Assembly (NCBI GenBank): GCA_054661495.1
Contig: BAAFSQ010000329.1
Location: 1 to 10,377 of the forward strand
From: Zygophlyctis sp. KS116
Lineage: Eukaryota; Fungi; Chytridiomycota
Length of the DNA stretch: 10,377 bases
Direction: 5' to 3'
Position 1 is the stretch's first letter. Every line of letters starts with the position of its first letter. This document shows positions 9,016-10,377 of this stretch, one piece after another. The notes under the pieces are model-generated. The model saw nothing but the letters and a program-made list of their open reading frames with translations. It was not told the origin of the DNA and ran no database searches. Made by a program: the position numbers and the translations under genes.

Positions 9016-9061
9016 TGTCTAGAATGTTCTGGATGGGTCTGGATGGTTCTAGAGAATTCTA
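9016..9061. repeat. Degenerate 10-bp-period repeat / heat-shock-element-like pentamer array
   Basis: TCT recurs at 9018, 9028, 9038, 9048 and 9058: TCTAGAATGT TCTGGATGGG TCTGGATGGT TCTAGAGAAT TCTA. Confidence 0.7.
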
Positions 9062-9807
9062 AACCACAACTATAATTCTTCAAATAACGCAACAACAAAC
9101 AATATAAGTGGGAACTTTTTAAGTTTATAATAGCTAATAAAAATGTCCGACTTAGTGTTTCTAGGGTTAGGAATGTACCCGTAACAATCTTGAAAGTTTC
9201 CTCTTGATCATTGATAGTATTTAATATATTCAAGGATCCGAAATTAATTTGAAACACACATTTTTTTGAGATCCATTGACTGTACATTGCTGTGTAGAAG
9301 TTAGTTGACCATCATTTGATTGTCCTTGTTTCTTGATCCTCTACATTTGATTGTCGTCTGTAGCAAGGAAAATCTAGGTCTTCTGTTTGAGTCATTTTTT
9401 TTACTTACCTTTGTTACTTTTTTTCTATTTATACTTATTAAAATGTCATTTTGGAAATCGGTTAAATTAAAAGAAAATTTTACTGTTTCAAAAAAAATTT
9501 TGTTTATTGTTAGATAACAAGTGCTGCTTGGAAAGATTGCCTGTTTAGGTTTGAATGAAACCAGCCACCCAAATCCTTCTAGTGATTCTAGTGAAGAGTA
9601 GGATGAATTTATGTAACTGTACTCATTAATTTGAACATATGTGTTTATATTTGTTATATTATTTAAATTTTGTTTTATGTTATTATTATTTTTAAGATTA
9701 TATGGGGGGTTTTCACCTAACTCTTGTCTCTATGCTGACCTAAAAATTATTAGAATCTGAATTTACCTTTGGAGTATGGAACAACCACCAAGGCAGATTA
9801 ACCAAAC

Positions 9808-10377
9808 CTTAAGATATATACAGATTCCCAATGCGCTATTGACGGATGTAGGAATATTTTAATGAACAAGAATACAAGATCAGAAAACATATTAAAATAC
9901 TTATGAATCAATTCTCCTACATTTGTAATTTTTGCAGCACATACTAACCTTGTTAACAATGATATAGCTGATGATCTAGCCAAAAGAGCAGCGGAATCCT
10001 CAAAAGAGCCTTTCAAGATAAATAATTACTCTGGAAAACTATACATTTTTAAAAATAAAGTAATCCTTAATGGTTACCCAAATCATGTTATGCGTGATCT
10101 TGATCAGACCAAACTTTCTGAATTAAATAAAATCTATTTGAATAAAAAATGGACAATGTCAAACATTGATTGGAAACAAGCTTTAAAAGTTTGTTATCAA
10201 GGAGTAAATATGGACAATAGTTTAGATGCATCTGATGTTAAAGAACAAAGTTTTCGAATCCAACTCTTCTCAAGGAATCTCCCTGTGCTGAAACTAGTTC
10301 ACTCTAGAAAATATACATATACATTAAATTCATAATGTGATGTAAAAACACTGAAGAACCAATCGAACATCTAATTA
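9808..10377 (+). mobile_element. Second, inverted copy of the LINE 3' region (RNase H C-half, C-terminal domain, remnant of zinc-finger region)
   Basis: 9808-10003 is the reverse complement of 5929-5698 (5 mismatches, net 28- and 8-nt deletions). 10013-10331 is the reverse complement of 328-1. The end reads *CDVK / TEEPIEHLI across a frameshift, like the C...E..EHL part of the LINE C-terminal CCHC motif. Confidence 0.92.

Noticed and set aside
9313-9355. 12-bp direct repeat CATTTGATTGTC (9313-9324, 9344-9355)
   Set aside because: Only two short copies with unrelated intervening sequence; no function or TSD context can be supported.
5557-10016. Short ORFs 5557..5748, 6021..6212, 6915..7109, 8472..8705, 9320..9517, 9798..10016
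   Set aside because: They are antisense to LINE coding sequence or span LTR and low-complexity DNA. Their hydrophobic look is the expected result of reading A-rich sequence backwards.
1-10331. Terminal inverted repeats of one giant DNA transposon (Polinton/foldback type)
   Set aside because: The arms are internal LINE coding sequence that continues into RNase H. No transposase, DNA polymerase or defined termini are present.
1-10377. Classical RIP
   Set aside because: Differences between the two LINE copies are mostly transversions (only 3 of the 10 in the outer arms are plain G/A changes), and long ORFs survive. The few CA>TA candidates are not enough without a family alignment.

Overview
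This is eukaryotic, AT-rich DNA made almost entirely of nested, decayed retrotransposons. I found no host gene, rRNA/tRNA gene or CRISPR array. A non-LTR (LINE) element encoding AP-endonuclease, RT, RNase H and a C-terminal domain lies on the - strand from ~8700 to 5698 and resumes at 328 down to 1. It is split by a 5.37-kb insert (329-5697). The insert has two parts joined tail-to-tail near ~1905: a 3'-truncated Ty1/copia element on - (114-bp LTR with TA...TA ends, a PBS matching the 5' half of tRNA-Ile, gag-PR-IN-RT and the start of RNase H) and an internally deleted Ty3/gypsy pol fragment on +. A second, ~97% identical copy of the LINE 3' region sits inverted at 9808-10377. It shows the uninterrupted target site and creates long inverted repeats that bracket almost the whole window. 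The stretch 8700-9800 is a patchwork of short, probably TE-derived pieces, including a second APE N-terminus and a heat-shock-element-like array. All elements carry stops, frameshifts or deletions. The host is probably an early-diverging fungus or similar microbial eukaryote (inference from protein style only). I cannot support a new functional system; the most interesting signals are the priming/LTR features of the copia element, the fold-back architecture, and the RT-deleted but RNase-H-intact ORF.
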